DNA of 64,000 bases from Alphaproteobacteria bacterium (GCA_965262775.1 CBDHFT010000006.1:323437-387436); one strand, 5' to 3'. Shown: positions 9,976 to 21,098, counted from the stretch's first letter. Notes: a model not told the origin generated them from the sequence alone. Program-made: numbers and translations.

Positions 9976-10827
9976 ATGGAACAACCTCAGCAACAATATA
10001 CACTTGATGGTCAATCGGTGCATTTGATTTATAAATTAATGACGCAGGTCATGCCAACCTTTACCATTGCGGCGGAGGGGCAAAATATCCTTGATTTGAT
10101 AATCAACAGTATGTCGCACACCCAAAACCATGTGGGGGTGCTGTTGGATATTATGAAGATGACGGGTAAAAAAATTGTTGAGATTGTTCCTGATGACGAT
10201 GTTATCAAAAAGCATGATTTGACCAATGAAATTGAAAATCTAAAAAATTTGTTTAACCATTATAAAAGCGATAAACATTTTCTTAACGAATATGAAAAAG
10301 TCTATAGTTATGTATTTAATGTTTTGCAGAAAAAAAACGATATAAAAAAAGTTTTAGAAATTGGCTTGGGCACAAGAAACAAACAAGTGCCAGGCAACAT
10401 GACATGGAATAATTTTAGCGAGTGTGGCGGTTCTATCAGGTCATGGCGCGATTATTTACCCACCACACAAATATATGGTTGTGATGTTGATAGAACGGCT
10501 TTGTTCCAAGAAGAAAGAATAAAAACATATTTCGTCGACCAGCTATCGCCAAAAACTTTTGATGACCTGTTGGTTGAAACGGGTGGAGAATTTGATGTCA
10601 TTATTGATGATGGGTTGCATTATGTGCATGCCAATTTGAACAGCTTTGCTTTTGCCTTGCGGGCATTAAAAGCAGGGGGCGTTTTTGTGTTGGAGGATGT
10701 TGATATTATGTATAGCAAAGAAAATCATCTTTTTTGGCAAATGGTTGGCGGGTTGTTGCCCAGCCATTACCATTATGAAATTATCAAATGCAAAATGGCA
10801 CATGTTGTTATTTTTCAAAAGAAATAA
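9976..10827 (+). CDS. class I SAM-dependent methyltransferase, TylF/MycF/CmcI-like, with an unrelated ~115-aa N-terminal region
   Basis: Methyltransferase motifs VLEIGLG (motif I), IYGCDVD, and FDVIIDDGLH...LKAGGVFVLEDV (the TylF/CmcI-type D-x-DH core). Visibly more AT-rich than metG and tatD, which flank it at 34 nt and 3 nt. Confidence 0.6.
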   Translation: MEQPQQQYTLDGQSVHLIYKLMTQVMPTFTIAAEGQNILDLIINSMSHTQNHVGVLLDIMKMTGKKIVEIVPDDDVIKKHDLTNEIENLKNLFNHYKSDKHFLNEYEKVYSYVFNVLQKKNDIKKVLEIGLGTRNKQVPGNMTWNNFSECGGSIRSWRDYLPTTQIYGCDVDRTALFQEERIKTYFVDQLSPKTFDDLLVETGGEFDVIIDDGLHYVHANLNSFAFALRALKAGGVFVLEDVDIMYSKENHLFWQMVGGLLPSHYHYEIIKCKMAHVVIFQKK

Positions 10828-10830
10828 TTC

Positions 10831-11631
10831 ATGACAGAAAGAAATTATTTCGTTGATAGCCATTGCCATTTGGATTTTTTGGCGCGCGATGGGTTGGATG
10901 TTGGCGAGGTTATAAAACGCGCCCAAGCCAACGGCGTAGAAAAATTTTTGACAATCTCTACCAAGTTGGAAACATTTCCCGCGGTGTTAAAAATTGCGGA
11001 AGAATTCGATGATGTTTATGCGTCGGTCGGGGTGCACCCGCACGATAGCGAGGCAACCGTTGAAACCCACCCCGAGGTTGGTGATTTTTTATTACAAGCC
11101 ACCAACCATGATAAGGTAATTGGCATTGGCGAATCTGGTTTGGATTTTTTTTACAACCATTCTAATAAAAAACATCAAACAGAATCATTTCGCACCCATT
11201 TGGCGGTGGCACGAGAGGTTGACATACCCATTATTGTCCACAGTCGCGCCGCCGACAAAGAAACGGTCGATATGTTGCGTGCCGAATCCCACGGTGGAAA
11301 ATTGAAAGGCCTTATCCATTGTTTTTCCAGCACGCGTGATTTGGCAATGGGCGCGTTGGATTTGGGATTTTATATTTCTTTGTCGGGTATTATAACTTTT
11401 CCGAAAGCGCAAGATATTCGCGATGTCTTGCGTGATGTTCCGCTGGATAGGTTGTTGCTGGAAACTGATTCGCCTTACCTTGCCCCCATTCCCCATCGTG
11501 GTAAAAAAAACGAACCATCGTTTTTGCCCGAAACCGCCAAAATATTAGCGGCGGCAAAAAATATATCGGTTGATGAAATAAAAAAAATAACCACCGACAA
11601 TTTTTTTCGGTTGTTCAGCAGTATAAAATAA
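10831..11631 (+). CDS. tatD: TatD family metal-dependent DNase/hydrolase
   Basis: Starts with FVDSHCHLDF and carries the conserved His/Asp/Glu metal ligands across 266 aa. Confidence 0.88.
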   Translation: MTERNYFVDSHCHLDFLARDGLDVGEVIKRAQANGVEKFLTISTKLETFPAVLKIAEEFDDVYASVGVHPHDSEATVETHPEVGDFLLQATNHDKVIGIGESGLDFFYNHSNKKHQTESFRTHLAVAREVDIPIIVHSRAADKETVDMLRAESHGGKLKGLIHCFSSTRDLAMGALDLGFYISLSGIITFPKAQDIRDVLRDVPLDRLLLETDSPYLAPIPHRGKKNEPSFLPETAKILAAAKNISVDEIKKITTDNFFRLFSSIK

Positions 11632-11870
11632 TTTGGCTTAATATTGGGTAGCAATCAAAATTTGAAAACTTAATGATAAAGCCCATTCATAATGGGGAAT
11701 AGGTTTTCACCCTTGGCGCGTTTGTTGACCGCCGTGTTGACCAAAATTTAGTTTTTGCTTTCGCTTAATTGTTTCATCGCGTCGTTCATAAATTTATCGG
11801 TTTGCATAACGGGCACGGCGTTAGATTCATAATAGGTGATAACGAATGATAAAAAGCGTAATAAAAAAAA

Positions 11871-11907
11871 CCCTTTAAGAATTTTTTCTTAAAGGGTCTT
11901 TTTTAAA
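11871..11907. terminator. bidirectional rho-independent terminator between the convergent tatD and pnp genes
   Basis: Stem CCCTTTAAGAA (11871-11881), loop TTTT, stem TTCTTAAAGGG (11886-11896), flanked by a T-run downstream and an A-run upstream. Confidence 0.75.
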
Positions 11908-11927
11908 TTTGTTTGATTGACGATTGT

Positions 11928-14354
11928 CTAAAAATCGCGGCGTCTTTTACCGCCGCCGCCACGACCGCCGCCGCCAAAACCACCGCCGCGGTCACCGCCA
12001 CGATCGTTGAAACGATTGCCAAAATCATCGCCTTCTTTAAATTCGCGCACGCGACCGCCGCCGAAACCGCCACGGTCACCGCCGCCACGATCTCTATCGC
12101 CGCCGCCGCCGCCGCGGCCGCCAAAGCCACCGCCGCCACGACCGCCGCCAAAACCACCGCGACCACCGCCGCCGCCGCGACCACCACGGTCGCCGCCGCC
12201 GCGTTCGCCACGGTCGCCTTTATTTTTTGGTTCTAAATTAAGGTCAGCACCCGTTTGTTGGTCAACCATGCGCATCGACAGGCTTACTTTGCCACGTTCG
12301 GTGCCCAGGCATTTTACCCAAACCATGTCGCCTTCTTTTACCATGTCGCTGGGGTGTTCAACGCGATGTTCGGCCATTTCGGACACATGCACCAAACCAT
12401 CTTTCGCACCCATGTAGGTTACGAACACGCCAAAATCAACGACTGACGCGACCTTGCCATGATATATTTTGCCCGCTTCGGCTTCGGCAACAATGCTTTG
12501 AATCCAATCATAAGCGGCTTTGCCTTTTGTTTCGTCGTTGGCCGCAATGGTGATAAGACCTTCGTCGTCAATATCAACCTTCGCGCCTGTTACTTCAACG
12601 ATTTCGCGGATAACCTTGCCGCCCGTGCCAATAACTTCGCGGATCTTTTCTTTGGGAACCGTGAAGGTTGTGAGGCGAGGGGCATTTTTCGATACTTCTT
12701 GGCGACCATGGTCAATGACCTTGGCCATTTCGCCCAATATATGCAAACGCCCTTGTTTGGCTTGAGCCAAGGCAATTTTCATAATATCGGCGGTGATAGA
12801 AGTGATTTTCAAATCCATTTGTAAGGAGGTGACGCCGTCTTTGGTGCCAGCCACTTTAAAATCCATATCGCCAAGGTGATCTTCATCACCCAAAATATCA
12901 GAAAGCACAGCATAATCGCCGCCTTCTTTTATCAAGCCCATGGCAATACCAGCGCAGGGTGCACTTAATGGCACACCAGCATCCATCATCGCCATCGAAC
13001 CACCGCAAACGGAGGCCATGGATGACGAACCGTTGGATTCGGTAATTTCAGAAACCAAACGGAGCATGTAGGGGAAATCATCTTTTTTGGGCAACAAGGG
13101 GCGCAGGGCACGCCATGCCAATTTGCCATGACCAATTTCACGACGGCCAGGTGAACCAATACGGCCAGCCTCGCCCACTGAAAATGGTGGGAAGTTATAA
13201 TGCAGCAAAAATTCTTCTTTGAATTCGCCGTCGATAGCATCGATAATTTGTTTATCTTGGGTGGTGCCCAGCGTGGCTATAACCAATGCTTGGGTTTCGC
13301 CACGGGTAAAGATAGCCGAGCCATGGGTTTTGCGTAACACACCCACTTTGCAATCGATTTGGCGGATGTCTTCTAACCCGCGACCATCAATACGTTTTTT
13401 GCTGGATAAAATATTGTGACGCACAATAGTTGCTTTTAAATCTTCTAACAACCTGGCAACCAATTGTTTGGCACCTGGTTGTTCCATATCGGCTTTGGCT
13501 TCGTTGGCCACGGCTTCCGCCACCAATTTTTTAACCGCATCCAAGGCCGCATAACGTTCTTGTTTTTTGGTTTGTTGGTAGGCCGATTTTAAAGCATCGG
13601 TTGCCACCTTCTCAATAATTTTTTTCAAATTGCTGGCGTAGGCGGGTTGTGCAGCAACCGCGCGCGTTGATTTGCCAACTTTTGCTTTTAATTCGTTAAT
13701 CATGTCGATAACTTCTTGCAAAGCCTTATGGCCAAAGGTAACGGCATCCAACATGGTTTCTTCGCTCAATTGGCTGGCTTCTGATTCGACCATCAAAACA
13801 CCTTCCTTGGTGCCCGCAACCACAAGGTCCAACATGGTGTCAACCAATTCGGATTTGGTGGGGTTCAATATGAATTGATCGTTTTTATAGGCAACACGGC
13901 AAGCACCAATGGGACCCAAAAAAGGAATATCAGAAATAGCCAAGGCCGCCGAGGAGCCAATCATGGCCGCAATATCAGGATCGTTTTCCAAATCATGAGA
14001 GAGCAGGGTGGCGATAATTTGAGTTTCGTTCTGAAAATTTTCAGCAAACAATGGGCGGATGGGCCTATCGATAAGGCGTGAGGTCAAAACTTCCTTTTCA
14101 GTTGGGCGACCTTCGCGTTTGAAAAAACCGCCAGGCACGCGCCCCGCGGCATAAAATTTTTCTTGGTAATGAACCGACAAGGGGAAAAAATCTTGTTCAG
14201 GTTTTGCTTCTTTCAACGCGACCACGGTGCATAATACCTGGGTATCGCCATAGGTTACGAGCATGGCACCGTCGGCTTGTCTTGCCAAATGCCCCGTTTC
14301 TAATTTTAGTGTTTTGCCGCCCCAGTTTTTTTCAACAACATGATGATTGAACAT
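11928..14354 (-). CDS. pnp: polyribonucleotide nucleotidyltransferase (PNPase) with a ~100-aa C-terminal RGG/Gly-Arg-rich tail
   Basis: Two RNase PH domains followed by KH and S1 domains, then a low-complexity tail ([27 protein letters not shown]...KRRRDF). At 808 aa it is about 100 aa longer than typical PNPase. Confidence 0.92.
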   Translation of the reverse strand: MFNHHVVEKNWGGKTLKLETGHLARQADGAMLVTYGDTQVLCTVVALKEAKPEQDFFPLSVHYQEKFYAAGRVPGGFFKREGRPTEKEVLTSRLIDRPIRPLFAENFQNETQIIATLLSHDLENDPDIAAMIGSSAALAISDIPFLGPIGACRVAYKNDQFILNPTKSELVDTMLDLVVAGTKEGVLMVESEASQLSEETMLDAVTFGHKALQEVIDMINELKAKVGKSTRAVAAQPAYASNLKKIIEKVATDALKSAYQQTKKQERYAALDAVKKLVAEAVANEAKADMEQPGAKQLVARLLEDLKATIVRHNILSSKKRIDGRGLEDIRQIDCKVGVLRKTHGSAIFTRGETQALVIATLGTTQDKQIIDAIDGEFKEEFLLHYNFPPFSVGEAGRIGSPGRREIGHGKLAWRALRPLLPKKDDFPYMLRLVSEITESNGSSSMASVCGGSMAMMDAGVPLSAPCAGIAMGLIKEGGDYAVLSDILGDEDHLGDMDFKVAGTKDGVTSLQMDLKITSITADIMKIALAQAKQGRLHILGEMAKVIDHGRQEVSKNAPRLTTFTVPKEKIREVIGTGGKVIREIVEVTGAKVDIDDEGLITIAANDETKGKAAYDWIQSIVAEAEAGKIYHGKVASVVDFGVFVTYMGAKDGLVHVSEMAEHRVEHPSDMVKEGDMVWVKCLGTERGKVSLSMRMVDQQTGADLNLEPKNKGDRGERGGGDRGGRGGGGGRGGFGGGRGGGGFGGRGGGGGDRDRGGGDRGGFGGGRVREFKEGDDFGNRFNDRGGDRGGGFGGGGRGGGGKRRRDF

Positions 14355-14414
14355 ATCGATTCTTTCTTTTATATTTTTTTTATATTATATTATTTTCCAT
14401 ATTTCGCGACGGCA

Positions 14415-14684
14415 CTATTTTCTTAGATCAAGCTTTTCGATAGTCGTTGTGTACAGTTTTTCGTCTTTTCGCTTCAAATAATTTAGCAAACGACGACGCT
14501 TACCGACCAGCAACAATAGCCCGCGCCGCGAATGAATATCCTTGGGGTGGGTTTCTAGATGGCTGGTGATATCTTTGATACGCGCGGTCATGATGGCTAC
14601 CTGCACTTCGGGCGAGCCAGTATCTTTTTGATTTCTAACAAAGTCTTTGATGGCCGTCTTTTTTGCGGCAGTGGAAAGAGTCAT
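14415..14684 (-). CDS. rpsO: 30S ribosomal protein S15
   Basis: 89-aa typical S15 sequence, immediately upstream of pnp in the classic rpsO-pnp arrangement. Confidence 0.92.
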   Translation of the reverse strand: MTLSTAAKKTAIKDFVRNQKDTGSPEVQVAIMTARIKDITSHLETHPKDIHSRRGLLLLVGKRRRLLNYLKRKDEKLYTTTIEKLDLRK

Positions 14685-14730
14685 GATGATATGCGGACAA
14701 TAATTTTTCTAAGAATTTTTTATAAATGAA

Positions 14731-15819
14731 TTACAGAACAAAAATTCTTTTTGGTATAAGGAGGGATTCAAGAGATGATGTGTTGATACACGGTTGACAT
14801 TGATTTTCTATTTCATTTTTTGCTTCATAAGACACAAAACCAATAGGTTGTTTGTTATTATCAAGCGCCAATAAAATATTCAAATTGTTTTTTTCGTTTT
14901 CAGCTTTATTTTTCGTTCTATCTTTTGAATAATGGACAATAATTTTTTTTCCTAAACGCAGTGCGATTGAATCAGCTTCATTTAGGGAAATGGTTTCTAG
15001 TCCCATCAGGGTTGCCAAGTTTTTATCAACAGGATTATCTGAAAAGAATTTCTTGTTGTAAAAATCTATCAGCGCAGATTCCACCCTGTGGCTATAATCT
15101 ATTTTTTCTAGCTTAGCAAGGGAAAAAGCATCGTTTAATGAAAAATTTCCGACTGATAATCTTTTTAAAGCGGCGAGGTGCCCATGGCTTCCTAACTTTT
15201 TTGCGATGTCATGGCCAAGGGTGCGGACATATAATCCCGCCGCGCCGCGCACGCGCAGCACGAAATCGGTCGCGTTCGATTGTTCTACCAATGATAAATT
15301 ATATATATCAATGGGGCGCGATGCTAGGGACGGTGGCGGGGGTGTCGCCAACCCCGTTGCGGCGTTGTTGGCGCTGTCCTTCGCCCATTTACGCGCTACT
15401 TCATAACTGCGCACGCCCTGCACCTTGATAGCCGAAAAGAGGGGCGGGATTTGGCTACCTTTCCCCAGGAATGAGGGCAAAATATTTTCGATGGCGGCAG
15501 GACTTGGGATGATATCGCTTGTCGCCACCACGTTACCCGTGATGTCTTGGCTGTCGGTGGCGGCGCCAAAGCGCAACACAAATTCATATTCTTTGCTGTT
15601 GGCTAGGATATAGGGCAGGGCTTTGGTGGCTTCGCCCAAGCCTATCAACAATAATCCCGTGGCGAAGGGGTCCAGGGTGCCGCCATGACCAATTTTTTTA
15701 CCACCAAACAACCTGCGTGTTTTTGCCATGGCCTGGGTTGATGTTAAACCAACAGGCTTATCCAACAAAACAAAACCGCTAAGGTTGCGGCGCGGATTTT
15801 CGGGTGCGGTTGTCATGAT
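14731..15819 (-). CDS. truB: tRNA pseudouridine(55) synthase
   Basis: GFVLLDKPVGLTSTQ and GHGGTLDPFATGLLLI motifs present. Start placed at an internal Met (MTTAPENPRR) so it does not overlap ribD. Has a long C-terminal PUA-like extension. Confidence 0.85.
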   Translation of the reverse strand: MMTTAPENPRRNLSGFVLLDKPVGLTSTQAMAKTRRLFGGKKIGHGGTLDPFATGLLLIGLGEATKALPYILANSKEYEFVLRFGAATDSQDITGNVVATSDIIPSPAAIENILPSFLGKGSQIPPLFSAIKVQGVRSYEVARKWAKDSANNAATGLATPPPPSLASRPIDIYNLSLVEQSNATDFVLRVRGAAGLYVRTLGHDIAKKLGSHGHLAALKRLSVGNFSLNDAFSLAKLEKIDYSHRVESALIDFYNKKFFSDNPVDKNLATLMGLETISLNEADSIALRLGKKIIVHYSKDRTKNKAENEKNNLNILLALDNNKQPIGFVSYEAKNEIENQCQPCINTSSLESLLIPKRIFVL

Positions 15820-15829
15820 AAATATTTGC

Positions 15830-17044
15830 CTATATAGTTGGTGGATAATTATATTTGCTCGCCTTACCCTGACGCTGGTCAAAATACATTTCTACATCGG
15901 GGGTTAGGCCGTTGGTTATAGATTTAATATCAAGGGGGCAGGCACCCGCCGCGCCCAATGTTATATCGCTTTGTTCGCACAACCATAATTCATCGACCAA
16001 CGATTCCGCGCGAAGGCTGGATAATAATTGCCCGCCTGTTTCTATCAACAATCGGCTGACTCCCATCTCCGCAATTTTTTCTAATATCGCGGCCCATGAA
16101 AAATATCCTGCTTTGCTTTGCTTATCGGCACCCAAGATAATTTGAGTTACATGATGCGCGGCGGAAAGGGCGGGATTAGACTGGGCGCAAAAAATAATCA
16201 GGGGTTGCGATGCCGCCGTTTGAAATATTCTTTCCTTCCCCGTTAGGCGGTTTTGAGAATCAAGGATAAAACGTGGTTTTTGCAATATGGGCAAACCGCG
16301 TTCGCGAATGGTCAACAGCGGGTTGTCGGCCAAAACGGTGTTGGCCGAAACCAACAACCCATCATAAAGGCAACGAATATATTGCGCAAAAAATTGTAAT
16401 TGACCACGCGTGATTTGATGATGGGGCGATGCCGCCATTGATAAGGTTTGATGAGCAGGTTGATGTTTGACAATTGTTTTGCCGTCAGCCGACAGTGCCA
16501 TTTTTATCGCCACCAGCGGGCGATGGCTTTGTAAGCGCAAGGTAAAACCATGGTAGGATTCTTTTGCCAACCCTTGCCATTTTTTTTGTTCGCGATTAAG
16601 TTGGGCATGGGGGGCGATGGGGCAGGCGAGCAAAACCTTCACCGTGCCATTTGTTCTTTTTTTTATTAATTCTATTCCCAGTCCGTTGGTGCGCGGGTCA
16701 GGGTCAAGGCAGCCCACCACCACGCGTTTTATGCCCGCCGCGATAATATTCTCGGCGCAAGATAAAGAGCGATGCGCCGAATGATGGGCGCAAGGTTCCA
16801 GCGATAGATACAAACTGGCGTTGTTAGGAATTTTTGGTTGGCGCGCCAATAATATTTCTTCGGCATGGGGGCGACCACCCACCGCGGTGATGGCGACATC
16901 AATAACCTGGTCGGGGGTGGCAAGCACCGCGGCCACCGCGGGGTTTGCACCACTTAATCCCCATTGCCGACGGCATAAAGATAAACAAAGCGAGAGGTAT
17001 TCTTCATCCTTGGCCGAAAATTCGGTGGGTGTATCATCCATCAT
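15830..17044 (-). CDS. ribD: bifunctional riboflavin biosynthesis deaminase/reductase
   Basis: N-terminal CMP/dCMP-type deaminase motifs (HAE...PCAHH) and a C-terminal RibD reductase domain; 404 aa. Confidence 0.88.
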   Translation of the reverse strand: MMDDTPTEFSAKDEEYLSLCLSLCRRQWGLSGANPAVAAVLATPDQVIDVAITAVGGRPHAEEILLARQPKIPNNASLYLSLEPCAHHSAHRSLSCAENIIAAGIKRVVVGCLDPDPRTNGLGIELIKKRTNGTVKVLLACPIAPHAQLNREQKKWQGLAKESYHGFTLRLQSHRPLVAIKMALSADGKTIVKHQPAHQTLSMAASPHHQITRGQLQFFAQYIRCLYDGLLVSANTVLADNPLLTIRERGLPILQKPRFILDSQNRLTGKERIFQTAASQPLIIFCAQSNPALSAAHHVTQIILGADKQSKAGYFSWAAILEKIAEMGVSRLLIETGGQLLSSLRAESLVDELWLCEQSDITLGAAGACPLDIKSITNGLTPDVEMYFDQRQGKASKYNYPPTI

Positions 17045-17501
17045 TATTTTTTTCGCCGATTTCTTTTTCTATAAAATTTTCAAAGTCTTTGACCTTATCA
17101 AAATCTTTATAGACCGAGGCATAGCGAATAAAGGCAACCTTATCAAGGCTGGCAAGGCGTTTCATAACCCATTCGCCGATACGGTTGGTGGGGATTTCGC
17201 TGTCGCCCGCGGTTTCCAATTCCCGCACCAGGCTGGAAATAATGGCTTCTAACTTGTCATTGTTGATGCCGCGTTTTCGACAAGCCAAGGCTATCGAGCG
17301 TGCCAATTTTTCGCGTTGAAAAATTTCGACGCTGCCCGTGCGCTTCACCACCATCAATTCGCGCAATTCGATACGTTCGAAGGTGCTAAACCTTGCGCCG
17401 CATTTTTTACATTGCCTGCGCCGTTTGATAATTTTGCTATCGTCGCTTAGCCGTGAGTCTTTGACGTCCGATTCTTCGTGGGCACAAAATGGGCAACGCA
17501 T
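17034..17501 (-). CDS. nrdR: transcriptional repressor NrdR
   Basis: MRCPFC...C..C zinc ribbon plus an ATP-cone domain. Its stop overlaps the ribD start by 11 nt. Confidence 0.9.
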   Translation of the reverse strand: MRCPFCAHEESDVKDSRLSDDSKIIKRRRQCKKCGARFSTFERIELRELMVVKRTGSVEIFQREKLARSIALACRKRGINNDKLEAIISSLVRELETAGDSEIPTNRIGEWVMKRLASLDKVAFIRYASVYKDFDKVKDFENFIEKEIGEKNNDG

Positions 17502-17512
17502 CGCCGCCTTTT

Positions 17513-18802
17513 CTATAACTTGCTATAGATAGGAAAATCGTGGCAGAGTTTTAACACCTTGGCTTTGACGGCTGATTCAACCGCTGGATTTTCGGTTTTG
17601 CCACCTTGCAATCCATCCAATACTTCCAAAATATATTGCGCCACCAATTTTATTTCTTTGGTGCCAAACCCGCGCGATGTCACCGCAGGGGTGCCAAGGC
17701 GAATGCCCGACGTCACCGTTGGTTTTTCGGGGTCGTTGGGAATACCATTTTTGTTGCAAGTGATGCCCGCGCGATCCAATGCCTTTTCAGCCACATCGCC
17801 CGTGATTTTTTTGGGGCGCAGGTCAACCAACATCAAATGAGTGTCGGTGCCGCCCGAAACAATTTGCAACCCGCCCTTCATCAATTCTTCGGCAAGCACG
17901 GCGGCATTTTCCACAACCTGCTTGATGTAGGTTTTGAATTCTGGTTTTAATGCTTCGCCAAAACCGACGGCTTTACCCACCATCGATGCCAACAGCGGAC
18001 CACCCTGTAGCCCAGGGAAAATAGCCGAATTAACTTTTTTGGCAATGTCTTCATTGTTGGTTAATATCAAACCACCGCGCGAACAGCGCAATGTTTTGTG
18101 GGTGGTTGATGTAACCACATCGGCCAGGGGCAACGGATTGGGGTGCACCCCCGCGGCAACCAGCCCCGCAAAATGCGCCATATCGACAAACAAAAACGCG
18201 CCAACCTTATCGGCGATAGCACGGAATTTTTTAAAATCGATGATGCGGGCGTAGGCCGAGCCACCCGTGATGATAATCTTTGGTTTATGTTCCATTGCCA
18301 TTTCTTCGGCTTGGTCGTAATCTATCACGCCATCTTGGCGCACACCATAATTGATAGGCTTAAACCATTTACCGCTGATATTGGGCGCGGCACCGTGGGT
18401 TAAATGCCCACCCGCCGACAGGGCCAAACCCATGAAGGTATCGCCTGGCTTCATCAACGACATAAAAACTGCTTGGTTGGCTTGCGAACCCGAATGGGGT
18501 TGCACATTGGCAAATTTGGCACCAAATAATTTGCAAACCCGCGCAATGGCAAGGTCTTCCATTTCGTCGGCATGTTCGCAACCGCCGTAATAACGTTTGT
18601 GGGGATAACCTTCGGCATATTTGTTGGTGAAGATAGAACCGATGGATTCCATCACCGCGCGCGACACAAGGTTTTCCGAGGCTATCAATTCCAACCCTTC
18701 CGATTGGCGTTTCAATTCGCGATGTTGAATGGCGTCGATTTCAGGGTCGCTGCCTTTTAATGGCGCGTTAAAAAATTCTTTTTGGTTTGCTAGGTTATTC
18801 AT
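17513..18802 (-). CDS. glyA: serine hydroxymethyltransferase
   Basis: 429-aa SHMT with a PLP-lysine region (HKTL) upstream of the (G)GPLLAS segment. Part of the conserved glyA-nrdR-ribD cluster. Confidence 0.92.
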   Translation of the reverse strand: MNNLANQKEFFNAPLKGSDPEIDAIQHRELKRQSEGLELIASENLVSRAVMESIGSIFTNKYAEGYPHKRYYGGCEHADEMEDLAIARVCKLFGAKFANVQPHSGSQANQAVFMSLMKPGDTFMGLALSAGGHLTHGAAPNISGKWFKPINYGVRQDGVIDYDQAEEMAMEHKPKIIITGGSAYARIIDFKKFRAIADKVGAFLFVDMAHFAGLVAAGVHPNPLPLADVVTSTTHKTLRCSRGGLILTNNEDIAKKVNSAIFPGLQGGPLLASMVGKAVGFGEALKPEFKTYIKQVVENAAVLAEELMKGGLQIVSGGTDTHLMLVDLRPKKITGDVAEKALDRAGITCNKNGIPNDPEKPTVTSGIRLGTPAVTSRGFGTKEIKLVAQYILEVLDGLQGGKTENPAVESAVKAKVLKLCHDFPIYSKL

Positions 18803-18914
18803 GATAAAAAAGTCCTTAAAAAAAGCAGCATGTTGATATTTTTTGTTAGTCTTGCACTGACTGGAACTTTACTAAACAAATTTATCGTGTTATTCAAGTA
18901 TAAAAATATAGACA

Positions 18915-19976
18915 ATGTTAAGAGAGAAAATTCCCGCCACCGTTATCACTGGCTTTTTAGGCAGTGGCAAAACAACCTTGCTTGCCCATTTGCTTAAGAA
19001 CAGCGGCGGGCAACGCATCGCCGTGTTGATAAACGAATTTGGTTCATTGGGGATGGATGAAGCCATCGTTCAGAATCAGTGCGATGATGCTTGCAAACCG
19101 CAAGAAATTATCGAATTGGCCAATGGCTGTATTTGTTGCACCGTGGCGGATGATTTTTTACCCGCGATGCAAAAAATTTTAGACAAGGCTGATAATGACG
19201 CCAAACCCATAGACCATATTATTATCGAAACTTCGGGCCTTGCCCTGCCCAAACCATTGTTGAAAGCCTTTCAGTGGCATGACATTGCACCGCGGGTTAC
19301 AGTCAATGGTGTGGTGGCGGTGGTTGATGGCCCCGCGATATTAAGCGGCCGATTCCAGGATGCGCCAGCGGCGAATAGGGAAAAGCCTGTCCCCGCCCCC
19401 GAACATGATAATGAATTGGCGGAGTTGTTTGAAGACCAATTGTTATGCGCCGATATTGTTTTGTTAAACAAATGCGATATCATGTCGGCGGCCGAGCGAA
19501 AAAAAATTATCGAGGATATGCGTTCGGGAAAGATAGAAGGCTTACGCCCCGCCGCCAAAATTATAGAAACCACCCACGGCGTGGTGGACCCCCGCGTGGT
19601 GTTGGGAATGGGGCAAGCGGTTGAAATGGATTTGGATAATCGCAAAAGCCATCATGACGATGAAGAAGAACATGGCCATGACGAATTTGCTACCTTCATT
19701 GTAACATTGGGGGAGGTTGAAGATGAAAAAAAATTAGAACAGATTATCCAACAATTATTACAAGACCATGATATTTTGCGCATGAAGGGGTTGATAACGC
19801 GCCGCGGCAAACCCCGCCAAGAAATTTGGCAAGTGGCTGGCCCGCGCATAGAACATTATTTTCAGCAGGAGATAAAAAACAACGATGGCCAGCGCAAGCA
19901 ATCGCAATTGGTGGTGATAGGATTAAAGGGGTTGGATGAAAAAACCATAACCCAAGCCCTGCAATCCGCCGCGTAA
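18915..19976 (+). CDS. CobW/COG0523 family G3E GTPase, a putative zinc metallochaperone, with a His/Glu-rich segment
   Basis: P-loop GFLGSGKTTLL, CxCC metal motif GCICCTV, and HHDDEEEHGHDEF before a CobW_C domain. Confidence 0.8.
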   Translation: MLREKIPATVITGFLGSGKTTLLAHLLKNSGGQRIAVLINEFGSLGMDEAIVQNQCDDACKPQEIIELANGCICCTVADDFLPAMQKILDKADNDAKPIDHIIIETSGLALPKPLLKAFQWHDIAPRVTVNGVVAVVDGPAILSGRFQDAPAANREKPVPAPEHDNELAELFEDQLLCADIVLLNKCDIMSAAERKKIIEDMRSGKIEGLRPAAKIIETTHGVVDPRVVLGMGQAVEMDLDNRKSHHDDEEEHGHDEFATFIVTLGEVEDEKKLEQIIQQLLQDHDILRMKGLITRRGKPRQEIWQVAGPRIEHYFQQEIKNNDGQRKQSQLVVIGLKGLDEKTITQALQSAA

Positions 19977-20084
19977 TTTTTTTATTGATGGGGGATGGGG
20001 CAAAGCCTGGCGCAGTGGTGGCGGTAATGGTTTAGCCGTGCCTTGTCATAAAATATCAGGCAATGTACATGAATGAATGCAAAA

Positions 20085-21074
20085 TTATTTTTTGCTTGCT
20101 GGCTTTTTTGCGGTTTTATTTTTGTTAGGATTTTTTTTGGCCGTCGATTTTTTGCGCGGCACCGAAACAATACTACTGCTTGGTTTTTTGGATATGCCTT
20201 TGACCAGCAAACTTTTGATAATACGGTTGGTGGAATCCTTAATGACAAAGGTTATTTTTTTATCCCTGGTTTTAATTTTTTCGCCCTTTTGCGGTACGTA
20301 GCCCGCTAGGGCGAGGACCACACCGCCCACCGTATCAATATCGATATCATCAACGGGGGAGGTTAAATGGATGCCGAAATGTTTTTCAAAATCCTCGGTC
20401 CGCATCAAGGGATTAACGAGGAAACCTTCGCGCGTTTCTATCAGGCTAGATTTGCTGGCGGCAAAAATATCGCGGTCCATCTCGCCGATAATTTCTTCCG
20501 CCAGGTCGGTGACGGTAACCAAACCATCGGTGCCGCCATATTCGTCAACCACGATGGCCAAGTGGCGTTTTTCTTCGCGCATTTTTGCCAACAGTTCAAA
20601 AACGGGCATGGCGTTCGAAACAAAAATAACGGGGCGTGCCAAATGTTTCAATGAAAAAACATTTTTATCATTTTCTTTGCCGCCGTTTTTTTGCGGGCTT
20701 GGCTTGGGGTCGCCGCCATTTTTATAGGCAGCATCCAACCCATAATGATGCAACGCCCATAGGATAGATTTCGAATGAACAAAACCGATGACATGGTCAG
20801 GGTCATCGCCATAGATAGGGTAACGGGTTTGCGGCGATTTGACAACTTGCGCCACCACTTCGGGCAGGGTCATTTGGCTGGATAGAAATTTTATATCGGC
20901 GCGCGGCACCATAACATCTTCGGCCTTCATGCGTGAAGCCGTCATGATGTTGTTCAGCATATCCATTTCTTCTTCGCTCAAAGAATCCAAATGCTGTTCG
21001 TGGGCCAAGCGCAATTGGTCCAATTGCTGGCGCATGTTTTGTTTGCGGAATGAAAGAATTCTTTTTAATATCAT
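20085..21074 (-). CDS. corC: CorC/HlyC (YbeX) family protein with CBS pair and transporter-associated domain, plus an internal insert and a Lys-rich C-terminal tail
   Basis: CBS domains and a CorC_HlyC C-terminal domain. Last gene of the miaB-phoH-ybeY-corC block. The tail reads ...[22 protein letters not shown]. Confidence 0.8.
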   Translation of the reverse strand: MILKRILSFRKQNMRQQLDQLRLAHEQHLDSLSEEEMDMLNNIMTASRMKAEDVMVPRADIKFLSSQMTLPEVVAQVVKSPQTRYPIYGDDPDHVIGFVHSKSILWALHHYGLDAAYKNGGDPKPSPQKNGGKENDKNVFSLKHLARPVIFVSNAMPVFELLAKMREEKRHLAIVVDEYGGTDGLVTVTDLAEEIIGEMDRDIFAASKSSLIETREGFLVNPLMRTEDFEKHFGIHLTSPVDDIDIDTVGGVVLALAGYVPQKGEKIKTRDKKITFVIKDSTNRIIKSLLVKGISKKPSSSIVSVPRKKSTAKKNPNKNKTAKKPASKK

Positions 21075-21098
21075 GGTGTTTCCTTTTATGGTTATTTT

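Noticed and set aside
11903-12417. Long plus- and minus-strand ORFs (102-136 aa, Ala-rich and Pro-rich) overlapping the 3' end of pnp
   Set aside because: They are generated by the (GGC/GCC)n-rich DNA that encodes the PNPase RGG tail. The pnp frame is the only one with recognisable domains.
19982-20309. Several ORFs in and around the convergent cobW-corC spacer
   Set aside because: They overlap the corC 3' end antisense and have no homology features. A tRNA-like look to GCGCAGTGGTGGCGG did not fold into a cloverleaf.
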